Assembly: GCA_036867785.1 (NCBI GenBank)
Contig: CP145420.1
Coordinates: 186,001 to 250,000, forward strand
Direction of reading: 5' to 3'
DNA from: Plasmodiophora brassicae
Taxonomy: Eukaryota
DNA: 64,000 nt
Positions 11,913 to 22,641 of the stretch are shown here, piece by piece. Position numbers and translations under genes: made by a program. The notes beneath the pieces were generated by a model. It saw only the letters and a list, made by a program, of their open reading frames with translations. It was not told where the DNA came from and ran no database searches. Numbering within the stretch: position 1 is the first letter of the stretch; each line of letters begins with the position of its first letter.

Positions 11913-13753
11913 ATGGGACGGGCCGTATCGGAACGCCTGCGTCGCCGGTCGTCGGCGTTCGTCGGTGACTGTGATGCGTACGACCATTCGATGCCACGGC
12001 CGTTCGCGTACCGCGGGGAGGGGCAGCTGAACACGCCTCGTGAAATCGCCAAGGTCAGCGGTTTGTCCAGCCGCGAGAGACCGTATCTGATGCTCGTGCG
12101 CGGAGATCGTTCTCATGTGCGTTCTGTTGGTTCCCGTGATCCGCTGCCTGCTCCTGGCTGTCGTTGTGCTGCTGACGCTGATTATCACGCGGCTGACGCT
12201 GATCGGTTGGAAGAAAGGGCACGATGCCCGCGGGGCGACATTGCCAATGCCGGTCTGGCGCCGCAATATCCTGTCGGCGACCGCTCGGGCGATGAGCCAT
12301 TGCATTCTGTTCTGCTTCGGTGTCTATCGCGTCAAGGTCATCGGTCGTCCGGATCGACGATGCAAAATCATAGTGTCCAACCACGTCAGCGTACTGGACG
12401 GGTTCGCGCTGACGTCGCAAGTGGCGTGCATGGCTGTCGCGAAGCAGGAGGTGGAGAAGATACCGTTGCTGGGATCCGTTGCCACCGCTCTGCAGTTCAT
12501 CTTCATTGATCGCGGCAGTTCGTCTGCGCGGTCAGATGTACTTCAGCAGATCAAGGAGCGCACGCAGATGGATGGGTTCCCGCCGCTGCTCATATTTCCC
12601 GAAGGTAGAAGTCGCCTCTGGGCTCCGTTTGGCACAGTGGTTGATCCCCGGTACAGGAACGACGTCGAACAATACGACACTACTTCGCTTCAAGAAAGGC
12701 GGATTCGTTGTATGTACTAGAATACGGACGACCTCTGGTGTGGCGTTCTGTTTTATGGAATCGTCGTGTTTAGGCCAGTGTCCCGGTTCAGCCTGTTGCT
12801 CTGAAGTCGCGTTACGGTCAAATGCAACTGAGCGCACACCTGTCCTTACTTCATGTTTATAGGTATCCCTGGGAATATTTCGATCCTAGTTGGACAAATT
12901 ATTCTCCACAGATGGGTGGCACCTGTTTCCGACTGCTCTGCCAGGTACCTTCTGCTAGAGCTGACCGCCTGACGATGACGTCTTACGCGTTCGCTTCTGG
13001 TAGGTCTATACGTCCGTCGAAGTAACCTGGTTGCCTGTCGTCACGCCGACGCCTGAGGAAGCTGCTGACCCGCAGCTATTCGCTGACAATGTTCGAACTG
13101 TATGTGACTGACGTCACGGCTCCCTGCTGCTGTTCACATTTGTGCCTTGTAACCAGACAATGGCGCGAGTAATGCGCCTCCCAATTGTCCCATTTAGCGC
13201 TGAAGACTCGGTTGTTGACGGCTGGCTGCAGAGCAAGGTTCCACCAGGGCAGTCTGTTTTCGGTAGACAACTGACATCTAGTGTCCAGAACCGCACGCGG
13301 AAGCACATCGAGGCTGTTGATGTCGGGATCTCTGTGTATGAACTCAAACAGCGGTTCAACATCAGGCTAGAGCAGATCAAGGTCCTCATTGACGAGTTCA
13401 ACGTGATCGATTCAAAGTCCGTCTGCGCTGTGTGTATCGTATATTGGCGTGCCTAACTGTTCTTTAGCAAGGACCGCGTTCTCTCCATTGAAGAGATGAC
13501 TGCATACGTCGGAAGTGTACAGTTACGCGCTTGGAGTGGTCCAGTTTGCATACTGAGGCGTTTAATCGTGCAGGACGATTTCGTTCGTCGCGTCTTCTTT
13601 TCGTTCGACTCGAACGACAGCGGGTTTATCGACTACCGCGAGTTCATCATCGGCTGCTTAACGCTGAACGACGAAGACGACGTCTCACGTCGGGAGCCGC
13701 TCACGTTCCGCGACATTGTCCAAAGAACCCGCGCCCTTTACGTCTCCTCGTAA
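11913..13753 (+). CDS. LPCAT: Lysophosphatidylcholine acyltransferase with EF-hands
   Basis: Acyltransferase motifs NHVSVLD (HX4D), FIFIDR, LLIFPEG/TTSN, FKKGGF, and EF-hand DSNDSGFIDYREF. Multi-exon. Confidence 0.88.
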
Positions 13754-13955
13754 ACTATTAATTCGCGTGCGCACCTGGATGCCCCCAACTTCTGGCTCGG
13801 GGCGCATGGGCCCGACAGCCTGATTGCACCGACGAAAATTTTGGGCGCGGCCTCTCCGGCCCGTGTTGGACGAGGAGCCCCCGTCCTGCGGAGAGAGGCA
13901 TACCGACTGGGCACGTGTCGCACGGTGTCTGACTGGCGTGTTCAAGTTGCGACTG

Positions 13956-14727
13956 ATGCAGCGTTTGCCGTCGGCGGGTCGTCATTCGCGTCGGGCGCTG
14001 GCGGGTCGACGCGCCCGCTGGGCGGCGACGGCGGCCGAGGAGATGCCGGAGCCGAACTGGTCGTATCTGGCCGTGCCTGGGTACGCGACGCGCCTGACCG
14101 CCGGCATGCAGGAATCGCATGCTCCAGGGCGCGACGACTGACGACGAAAGGAGCCTCATTGCGCAGCTGCGTGCGGGCCAGGCTGAAATGCTATCGCACA
14201 TTTCCGCTGCTGAGAAACCGGCGCCGAAGATCGACTGGAAGCGTTGGGAGGAGGTCTGCCGGGATATCCTGAGGTGTCTCACGTTCTCACACCCTGGCAG
14301 ACCCTGTCCAGCAAAGACCTTGTTGCAGATTACAAGAAGGCGTACAGCACTGCCGATTTCGAGAAAGCCGCTTCGGGATCCGAGTACAAGGAGTACCTGG
14401 AACAAGTTCGTCGCGAGCACAAAGATGCCGTTAGTTCAGATGGCCACCAGTTAACATTCGCACTGACGCGGTTCCGTTCAATGTGTCAGATGGCCAAAGT
14501 TGGCGACCTTGTCACCAAGATCAAGGACGGGATTGCGCAGTTGAAAGAAGAGAAACAGCAAGTCATCCAGGTCAGGCTTATCTCTGTGGGGAGTTTTATA
14601 CGGGCTCACTTGTGCACATCAGAACAAGGCGGATCTGGAGACGGCTACCCTTGCGTCCGAGATGGCGAAACGCCCGGATCTGGACAAGAAGTTCACAGAG
14701 GAGTTCAAGGACGACAAATTTTTCTAA
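13956..14727 (+). CDS. ATP7: Probable mitochondrial ATP synthase subunit d
   Basis: Arg-rich presequence, then PEPNWSYL, EKPAPKIDWKRWEE..LVADYKKAY, and C-terminus TLASEMAKRPDLDKKFTEEFKDDKFF*. Similarity to subunit d judged by eye. Confidence 0.65.
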
Positions 14728-15994
14728 CCGTCGCGTTGAGCAGTGCGAACATTCGTACAGCAGTTACCTCTTCACTTCATTCGTTTCGTGCGATGTCGAG
14801 GAAATTCAGCAAATGGTAGTGCTTTGTCCGCCACGACTTGTATGCACGGGCATCCTCCTGCGGCAAAATGTGGCACTGCACGTACAAATACGTGTAGCTA
14901 TTGCATGCCGCGTATGGGGTGTTTCAACCGGCAGAAATCATTCTCGTTACTGTACAGGAATCCATCAGAGAGCCGATGTTCTCGCGCTTGCCATCACCGG
15001 AGCCAGACGGCTGTCATCATAGGGAGCGCCGTAGGTCTACACGTTGACTGTCCTTCGAATGACAAGTGTCATCCCACCTACGAGTCACTTGTGGTCATAC
15101 GTTATCAGTTGGCCACTCTTACGCGTTCGACACGAAGGTGGTTTACTAGCTGGTCAGGTCGCTGGCCATCATCGTTTCTGCTTCTTCGGCTTGGGCGGTT
15201 TGCGCTATGATACCTGGAAGCCCGTGCCGGAGGGCATCGACCTTGCGCTAGGCAGCAGATTGGCGACTTTGGGGTACGATGGGACGCAGTGTGGACACAC
15301 GTCGGCACAGGGCACAATGTGGGTCTACAGCATTTGGACACAATCCCCTTCACGGTACAGAGTTTAACCTTACTTTAGTCACCCCTCGAGATAGTCACAA
15401 CCCCCACTTTAGTCACAAGAATCCAGGAACAATTGTCCCCATAACCAGAGTTCACGCGATATAAGAACCAGGGCTTAAGGATTTTATTAATGCCGAATCC
15501 TTAAGCCTTCCACCAAGAAGATACCAACGGGTTCTTTGGTTTCGCAGGTCCTCCCGATATCCAGGTCAGTTCCTTCAGAACAGAGTCGAGTTCGACAGCG
15601 TGACGACCACTTAACGTCAGACTTGACTTTTGCTGGAAACGTGGAATTATTAGGCCAAGCCCAGACAGGAACGGGATCGCTATCGCGACCAAAGAGTTTT
15701 TCGGCCTGGTGGAGTGTGTTAGGAGCAACCTTGATTTTAACACAGAACGCACACTCGTGCTTACCTCCGGATTGTACAACGGAGTGCCTGAGCCGTAAAA
15801 ATCTATTGCCTTGAACAGCGAGGAATTACCCGCAAACAAACAGCATGCATCGGATCGTGGACATAGTTGGTCCGATGGCCGAAATTTGACAGGATGCCGA
15901 CAGAATACACATCATAGCCAGGGTCACGAAATCCGCCCCGATCTTCCAAATTCCCTGCAGTCATACGACGCCGAATATCGTCATCGAAAGTCTG

Positions 15995-16293
15995 GGTGTT
16001 GCATCCCAAACTCTAGGTGTTGAATCCCAAACTCTAGGTGTTGAATCCCAAACTCTAGGTGTTGAATCCCAAACTCTAGGTGTTGAATCCCAAACTCTAG
16101 GTGTTGAATCCCAAACTCTAGGTGTTGAATCCCAAACTCTAGGTGTTGAATCCCAAACTCTAGGTGTTGAATCCCAAACTCTAGGTGTTGAATCCCAAAC
16201 TCTAGGTGTTGAATCCCAAACTCTAGGTGTTGAATCCCAAACTCTAGGTGTTGAATCCCAAACTCTAGGTGTTGAATCCCAAACTCTAGGTGT
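15995..16293. repeat. Minisatellite, 21-bp unit GGTGTTGAATCCCAAACTCTA, about 14 near-identical copies
   Basis: Directly visible head-to-tail repeat with no spacers. Confidence 0.97.
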
Positions 16294-16465
16294 GACGTGC
16301 CAAATATTGGGTGCTCCAACCTTTTTGCCCCCCCCCCCTTTGACCTCAAGAAGATAAATATCCCGTCGCAAATGTGCCAAAAAAGGGGGGAAATCCGAGG
16401 ATGTCCGAAAGTCAAGACTAAGAGCCATGTCAGAGAGTCAAGCGCCAGTGGGAACTCCCACTCCG

Positions 16466-16753
16466 CTGGATCTTGGTATTTTGGCCTCGATGGCGCAGCT
16501 GGACAAGCTGCTAGGAACGGCCTGAAGCTGTTGTTGCAGCTAGCGACTGACGATGTACATAGATACGGGTGCTGTCCCGACGACGACGACGGGCACGCGC
16601 GACAACGGCTCCGGGAAGCCGGATGTGTATCCGCGGATCGGGAAACCGTTACGTTACCTGTATTTTACAGTGTAAAGTTGGTTCCTGAGAGGTGTATTTT
16701 ACATGTAAAAAACAGGCTTGTTAAAAACACCCCTTTATTACAACAATTCCATA
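16466..16753. mobile_element. Truncated copy of the TATGGAATTG-TIR MITE (right end only)
   Basis: About 16620-16753 is nearly identical to 44475-44605 and ends in AACAATTCCATA. Left end is missing. Confidence 0.8.
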
Positions 16754-16823
16754 GCCCCGTGCCAGTGCCACGGGGGGCCGTGGCCCGTTGGGCGTGGATC
16801 CTGCCGCGATCGCACCCAGTTCC

Positions 16824-17165
16824 ATGTTTGTCGTCTCGCAGAGGCTCAATCGTTCTGTGCGACGTCGCATGGCGGACCGCGAACAGGTCGACGCCCGCCG
16901 GGACGGTGCGCGTGACGGCGCCCGAGACGAGACCATCGCGCGTCTTCTTCGCTATGCGAGCGAGCCGGAAGGAAGCCGCCAGGATGTCCATTCTCTCTAT
17001 CATGAGATAATGGACGCCTGGCCGGTTGACCTGTTCTCTCGGGAAGTAGCTGACGGGTCGGTGCGACTGCTGTGGTCAATGTACCTTCCCGAGATCGCTG
17101 CGCCACGACCTTCGTCGACAAGCCCGCAGCCGCCATCGTCCCCACGCTCGGATCCGGAACAGTAG
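16824..17165 (+). CDS. Orphan ~113-aa protein, copy 1 of 4 (possibly a terminal exon)
   Basis: MFVVSQRLNRSVRRRMADREQ...YASEPEGSRQDVHSLYHEIMDAWP...SPRSDPEQ. Frame is preserved in all four diverged copies. Confidence 0.55.
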   Translation: MFVVSQRLNRSVRRRMADREQVDARRDGARDGARDETIARLLRYASEPEGSRQDVHSLYHEIMDAWPVDLFSREVADGSVRLLWSMYLPEIAAPRPSSTSPQPPSSPRSDPEQ

Positions 17166-17407
17166 TCCAAGCGCCCAACACGGCTTGCCGGTTCAATACG
17201 ACAATGGAGTAGGCGCTATTCGCCAAGTGTCGACATCCAGAAAATGTACGCCAACTCGCGTGCTCCGAGCGAATTGGGATGGAGCTGATTGATCTGGTTT
17301 GCAGACAATGTTTCCTTTAATATCATCTGAAAATCTCTTCTGCACATGATCAACACTCTGGTGGCCCGGTACGAGCACCTCGTGACGGTGTCTCCCAGCA
17401 GGGGCCG

Positions 17408-17640
17408 GGGCATAAACTTATTCAGAAACGCCGGCCACGAATCCGAGTATAACGCAGGCATACAGTGTGTGCAGCAACGACAACCCGTTAAACACACCTC
17501 GCTAGATCGGCTCACGATCAGTGAAAGGCAACAATCTGGGCACTGTTCGCATGTTGGACTGGACGCATACCTCAGACTACAGCGACACGTACAGTTCGTA
17601 TAGATAGTTTTTCGAGCGCTCCCGGCTCTATCGATCCGAT
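17408..17640 (-). pseudogene. Internally deleted remnant of the secreted LRR gene
   Basis: Matches LRR exons and introns at about 26140-26370, but is joined directly to sequence homologous to about 24170-24365. Confidence 0.7.
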
Positions 17641-17695
17641 ATTCGACAGGAAGGTGGTTTACTAGCTGGTCACGTCGCTTTGGGCGGTTTGCGAT

Positions 17696-17875
17696 TGATT
17701 CATAATGGGAAGGCTAGCGACAGTGGCCGACCCATGAGTCACGACGACGTGACGCAACTGGTGCACAGTGGCGACCGTGCCACTGTGTGTGCGACGTCAT
17801 GGGGACGTCGGCTTCCCCCACGTTAGATACACTGGGGACTTTCACTTTCCTAAGCGCTTCGAACTGCTTGAATCA
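17696..17875 (+). repeat. 5' LTR of the Copia element
   Basis: Direct repeat of 22642-22821. Confidence 0.97.
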
Positions 17876-17896
17876 GATTAAGAGTCCCACTCTCTG

Positions 17897-19366
17897 ATGG
17901 CGACGATCCCAAGCATCCCAGCCGACCTGGCCCAAGCAGAGGCCGTGATCGCCCAGATAAGCGCTGCGCTGTCCGAGGCCCAGCGGCAGCAGGATCGGCT
18001 GGAGGCGGAGGTTGAACGTCTGCAAGCAGCGGCGGCCGGGAGCGGGACCGGCCAGCGCGAGAACGCGGCGCTCAAGGATCGTCTGGCGCGGCTGGAAGCT
18101 GCGCAGAAGGAAAGGCTGACGGGCCTGAAGGAGTCCGGCATCAAGATCTCCGTCCAGCTGAAGGGCAAGGACAATTACCTGGTCTGGGCGTCGTCGATGA
18201 CGACGATGCTCAAGAAGTCGGGCCTGCAAAAGGCCGTGGAGCCCGCGACGCGCGGGCACAACGAAGAGCCGGCGTCGGAGCAAGAGAGGCTCCACGCAAT
18301 GTACGCTATCAAGAAGAACGTGCATGAAGACGAACTTCCCTTGATACTCGACATACCCGACGACCGTCCGGACCTGGCGTGGAGCGCCATCCAGACGGAG
18401 TATTCCGGCCAAACGGGCACGGACCTGGCGATGTTCGACATTCTTCTGTCAACAACAAAGCTTAAGGCGGGCGCCGACCTCACGGAGACCAAGGCGCACC
18501 TGACGGCGATGCGCGACCTGGGCATCAACCTGGCCCGGGCGGATCCGAATCGGACGAAGACTGAGTCGGACATGGCGACGAAGGTCCTTATCTCGCTGCC
18601 ATACACCGAGTACAAGGACTTAGTCAACGCGATGCTGCGCGGTCCCATCGGAGAGCTGACGCAAAGCAAGGTCCGCGCAGAAGTGCTCGCTCAGTACAAG
18701 CGGGGAGCGATAGAGCGCGGCGACGACGACAGCGGCTCCTCGGCGGCCATGACGACGACGGGGTTCTCCGGCAAGTGCTTCAACTGTGGAAAGGCTGGAC
18801 ACAGGGCGGCCGACTGCCGTAGCCGCAAGAAGACCGGCAACGCCGAGCGCGGCAAGGCCAGGAACGGCAAGCGGAAGGGGGGCAAAGAGGAAGGCGGTTC
18901 GGCGTCGATCGCGCTCCTGACGAGCCTGGCGGGCGTCGAGGACGCGCCGCGGAAGGGCATCCGCGACTTCATCGTCGACAACGCGGCGACGTGCGGCCAC
19001 GTGTCCACCCACAAGGCGCACTTCGAGGAGCTGGACTTCATCGCCGACAAGGACCGGCCGACGATCGGCGGCATCGGCCCGCAGCGAATCAAGGTCCATG
19101 CCAGGGGCAACGTCCGCCTCAAGCTGGCTAACGGCAAGTCGATCACGCTGACAAACGTCGCGTACGCGCCAGATGCATCCGCGAACATCTTCGCGGTGCG
19201 TTCGGCACTCCTGCAGCTCGGCAAGGACGGCAAGACGGGCGCGGAGCACCATGAGCAGACGCGCTCAGCCCGGCTCCTGGACGGGGCCGGAAGGACGATC
19301 GTGACCAGTACGGTCCGCAAGGGCCTGTACTACCTGGATCTGCACAAGGTCCAGGATTTCGAGTAG
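17897..19366 (+). CDS. gag: Copia ORF1: Gag (coiled coil, CCHC zinc knuckle) plus aspartic protease
   Basis: LKGKDNYLVW, zinc knuckle CFNCGKAGHRAADC, protease-like FIVDNAATCGHV...LTNVAYAPDASANIFAV, and KGLYYL. Confidence 0.92.
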   Translation: MATIPSIPADLAQAEAVIAQISAALSEAQRQQDRLEAEVERLQAAAAGSGTGQRENAALKDRLARLEAAQKERLTGLKESGIKISVQLKGKDNYLVWASSMTTMLKKSGLQKAVEPATRGHNEEPASEQERLHAMYAIKKNVHEDELPLILDIPDDRPDLAWSAIQTEYSGQTGTDLAMFDILLSTTKLKAGADLTETKAHLTAMRDLGINLARADPNRTKTESDMATKVLISLPYTEYKDLVNAMLRGPIGELTQSKVRAEVLAQYKRGAIERGDDDSGSSAAMTTTGFSGKCFNCGKAGHRAADCRSRKKTGNAERGKARNGKRKGGKEEGGSASIALLTSLAGVEDAPRKGIRDFIVDNAATCGHVSTHKAHFEELDFIADKDRPTIGGIGPQRIKVHARGNVRLKLANGKSITLTNVAYAPDASANIFAVRSALLQLGKDGKTGAEHHEQTRSARLLDGAGRTIVTSTVRKGLYYLDLHKVQDFE

Positions 19367-19371
19367 CGGGG

Positions 19372-22300
19372 GTGGCGCTGGCCGCCCCCGATCACGATCA
19401 TCCAAACCAGCCAGAAAACAAGAGCCCGAGCAAGGAGGAGCCGGCCGAGAAGAAGGAAACGCGCAAGCCCGCGGACGTAAAGCGCGACAGAACGATATCA
19501 TTGGCGGAGGCGCACGCGAGGTGCGGCCACCTGTCCACGATCACGATCAGAAAGGCAGTCAAGAACGGGGCAATCACCGGTCTCAACATCGACGAGGCCG
19601 ACCTGGCGAGCGACGAGGTGCCCAGGTGCAAGGTGTGCATCGAGGCCAACCTCAACCGAACGGCGATCCCGCGGAGACGGACACGGACGGTGCTCTCGAA
19701 GCTGCAGATCGTCGGGGCGGACCTGCAGACGTTCGACACCAGGTCGCATGACGGAAAGACGTACATGGCGTGCTACGTTGACCACGCGACTGGTGTCGGT
19801 GCCACGGTCAACCTGGCAAATAAGGGTGACCAGGAGCAAGTCGTCATGGACGTGCTGACCCGGCTCGAGGTCATGGGCGGCACACGCGTCGACACGTTCC
19901 GCGCCGACCAGGGCGGCGAGTTCACCTCGACGCGCCTGGCGAAGCTGCTGCGCGAGCGGGGAATCGCACAGGAGTTCAGCGACACGGACCGCCCGCACCA
20001 GAACGGTCTCGCGGAGACGTTCGGTGGCAAGATTGTCAAGATGATGCGCGCAGCTCGTGTCCAGTCAGGCGTCCCGCGCAAGTACTGGACCGAGAACGGG
20101 CGGCATCAGACGTGGGTAGCCAACCGCGTGCCGCTCCAACGACACGGCCACCGGACGACGCCAATCGAGGAACTGACGGGGGAACAAGCAGACCTGTCGA
20201 GGGCGATGCCATTCGGTTGCGAGGCGTGGGTCAGGATCCGGCGGCAAAAGAAGTGCAAGCTGGACGCCAGGGCCGAGCGCGCGGTCCACATGGGGGTGTG
20301 CATCGACAAGAAGGCGTACCGGCTGCTGCTGTGGCACAGCCGCAAGATGATCGAGTCTTCGGACGTGGTCTTCTTCCCCAACGAATTCCCGTTCAAGGAT
20401 GACAGCGGCTCCCGCGGAGAGGAGACCCGCAAGCGCCAAGAGACGGCGCAAGCCCAGCTGCAAGGAGGCGGCGATGGCGGTCAAGACGATCGTCATGGGC
20501 AAGAAGACGACGGCGGTCGGGACGATCGCGTCGCACGACAAGACGACGGCGATCGAGAAGGTCGCGTCGGTCAACAACAGGGCGGCGGCCAGGATGGCCG
20601 CGCCATTCAGCGAGGCGGCGGCGGGGACGACCGTGCCAGGGAACTCGCAGGTGCCGGTGAAGACCGGCATGACGGACGCGATGAGCAAGCAGCTCAGGGC
20701 GGCGGGGATCGAGGACCTGCTGCTCAAGGCGTCCCTGAACCGAGGCGGTCGACGCGCATCAGAGGAGCGCCCGCTCGGTTTGCCGACGTGGACTACGACG
20801 GCGAAGCGCGGCGCCAGAGGGCGGCCAGCGCCAGGGCGGCAGCAGGGGCTGCCGACAACGTCGACCAGGCGGCAGCAGCAGATGCTGTCGACCACGACAA
20901 CGAGGCCAACGACGACCCGGACAACGAGGACCAGGTCAACCAGGACGAGGCGCTCGAGAACGAGGACAGCTACCTGGAGGAGGAGGACGCTGGCAACGCG
21001 TTCCTCACTGAGTACGAGGCCGAGAACGGGCCTGACCGGGACAAGTACCTGGCGGCGCAGGTCGAGGAGATGCAGTCGCTGAAGGAAGCGGGCACGTATG
21101 AGATCGTGGACCGCCCGACCGACGCTCAAGTGCTGCCAACAATGTTCGTGCACACGACGAAGCGCGACGAGGACGGGGAGATCACGCGCCACAAGGCCCG
21201 CTTCTGCGTCAAGGGATGCTGCGACAAGTTCAAGGGCCAGAAGGAGACGTACTCGCCGACGCTCCGGTATGCGACGTTGCGCATCATGGTGGCGCTGGCG
21301 GCCATGCTGGGCGTGGTCATCCACCAGCTGGACGTTAAGACGGCGTTCCTGAATGGAGACCTGCCGTACCCGATCTACTGTGAACAGCCGAAGAACTTCG
21401 TGGTCGGAGGACGCGGCAAGGTGATGAAGCTCCTGAAGGCGCTGTACGGCCTGGTCGAGGCGCCGAAGCTCTGGTACGATAAGCTCGTATCAGTTCTGTT
21501 CGAAATCGGCTTCACAAGGGTGACCGGCGACCCGTGCCTGTTCGTTATGTTCACGACGAAGGACGGCCGCAGACAGATCACGATCCTCGGGGTGTTCGTG
21601 GACGACTTTATGATGTTTGGCACGGATCCCGACGTCATCGAGTACGTCAAGGCAGCGTTGGGCAAGAAGTTCAAGATGAAGGACCTCGGCATCGCGAGAT
21701 GGATCCTGGGGATGCGCATCAAGCAGGAGGCAACGCGCATCACGATCGACCAACAGCAGTACGCCAAGGAGGTGGTCGCGCGGTTCCAGACCGACATCGA
21801 CGAGGCAGCCGCCGGGCGCCGCTTGCGCGCGCCGGCCACGGCTCTGCCTGTCGGGCAGATTATGCCCCGGCGAACCGACGGTGTTCCGCACCAGCATGAG
21901 CGGTACCGCGAGGGCGTTGGTTGCCTGGCGCATCTGTCGATCGGCACGATGCCGACAATCACGCACGCGGTGTCGCAGCTGTCGCGTCACCTGAACAACC
22001 CGGGTCGGGAGCATTTCGAGGCGATGCTCCACGTGCTGCGATATGTCCAGAACAACACGGATGTCGGCATCATCTACGCGAAGAGCAAGACACCGGCGAC
22101 TGAATTCGACCCGATGGCACTGAACAAAGACAACGTGAAGGAGTCGGAGCCCCGGGCGGCGGTCGACTCGGACTTTGCGATGGACCCGGACACATCCAAG
22201 TCGGTCACGGGATTCATCGTCACGCTGATGGACGCAGCTGTGAGCTGGCGATCGAAGCAGCAAAGCCTGGTGGCGACCTCCTCAGCGCACGCGGAGTACG

Positions 22301-22635
22301 TGGCGGCCAGCGAGCTGGCGCGTGAAGTAGTGTGGGTCCGGATGCTCCTCACCGACATCGGGTTCACTCTGACGGACCCGTCGATTGTGCTGGAGGACAA
22401 CACGGCTGCCGAGCAGATGGTGAAGACGCTCGGGGTCACGGACCGGAACAAGCACATTCGGGTGAAATGGCACTATGTGCGAGAGTGCGTCCAGGAGGGA
22501 CTGCTCCGGTTCAAGCGCGTGGCGTCAAAGAACAATCCGGCGGACGCGCTCACCAAGCCGACCACTCGTGAACCTGTGGAGGTCATGAAGAGGGCGGCCG
22601 GGATGGGTCGGGTGGACCTGTCGCTGGCGCCTTAG
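19372..22635 (+). CDS. pol: Copia ORF2: integrase, reverse transcriptase and RNase H (-1 frame relative to ORF1)
   Basis: HARCGH...CKVC (HHCC). Integrase ADL/RADQGGEF/QNGLAE and KLDARA. RT motifs HKARFCVKG, HQLDVKTAFLNG, KALYGL, VFVDDF. RNase H motifs VDSDFA, SSAHAEYVA, EDN, KHIRVKWHYVRE, NPADALTK. Confidence 0.96.
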   Translation: MALAAPDHDHPNQPENKSPSKEEPAEKKETRKPADVKRDRTISLAEAHARCGHLSTITIRKAVKNGAITGLNIDEADLASDEVPRCKVCIEANLNRTAIPRRRTRTVLSKLQIVGADLQTFDTRSHDGKTYMACYVDHATGVGATVNLANKGDQEQVVMDVLTRLEVMGGTRVDTFRADQGGEFTSTRLAKLLRERGIAQEFSDTDRPHQNGLAETFGGKIVKMMRAARVQSGVPRKYWTENGRHQTWVANRVPLQRHGHRTTPIEELTGEQADLSRAMPFGCEAWVRIRRQKKCKLDARAERAVHMGVCIDKKAYRLLLWHSRKMIESSDVVFFPNEFPFKDDSGSRGEETRKRQETAQAQLQGGGDGGQDDRHGQEDDGGRDDRVARQDDGDREGRVGQQQGGGQDGRAIQRGGGGDDRARELAGAGEDRHDGRDEQAAQGGGDRGPAAQGVPEPRRSTRIRGAPARFADVDYDGEARRQRAASARAAAGAADNVDQAAAADAVDHDNEANDDPDNEDQVNQDEALENEDSYLEEEDAGNAFLTEYEAENGPDRDKYLAAQVEEMQSLKEAGTYEIVDRPTDAQVLPTMFVHTTKRDEDGEITRHKARFCVKGCCDKFKGQKETYSPTLRYATLRIMVALAAMLGVVIHQLDVKTAFLNGDLPYPIYCEQPKNFVVGGRGKVMKLLKALYGLVEAPKLWYDKLVSVLFEIGFTRVTGDPCLFVMFTTKDGRRQITILGVFVDDFMMFGTDPDVIEYVKAALGKKFKMKDLGIARWILGMRIKQEATRITIDQQQYAKEVVARFQTDIDEAAAGRRLRAPATALPVGQIMPRRTDGVPHQHERYREGVGCLAHLSIGTMPTITHAVSQLSRHLNNPGREHFEAMLHVLRYVQNNTDVGIIYAKSKTPATEFDPMALNKDNVKESEPRAAVDSDFAMDPDTSKSVTGFIVTLMDAAVSWRSKQQSLVATSSAHAEYVAASELAREVVWVRMLLTDIGFTLTDPSIVLEDNTAAEQMVKTLGVTDRNKHIRVKWHYVRECVQEGLLRFKRVASKNNPADALTKPTTREPVEVMKRAAGMGRVDLSLAP

Positions 22636-22641
22636 GGCGGC

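Noticed and set aside
15995-16293. CRISPR array, or the TPRVWDS / HLEFGIQ repeat proteins
   Set aside because: Head-to-tail units with no unique spacers, no cas genes and a eukaryotic context. The ORFs are a by-product of a stop-free 21-bp unit.
19361-19374. Stop-codon readthrough between gag and pol
   Set aside because: ORF2 is not in the ORF1 frame (17897 versus 19372 gives -1), so readthrough of the TAG cannot produce Pol.
20065-21324. 419-aa antisense ORF (possible env-like or extra gene) and the many other overlapping ORFs in the track
   Set aside because: Shadow ORFs expected from high GC and codon bias on the opposite strand of real genes. No motifs.
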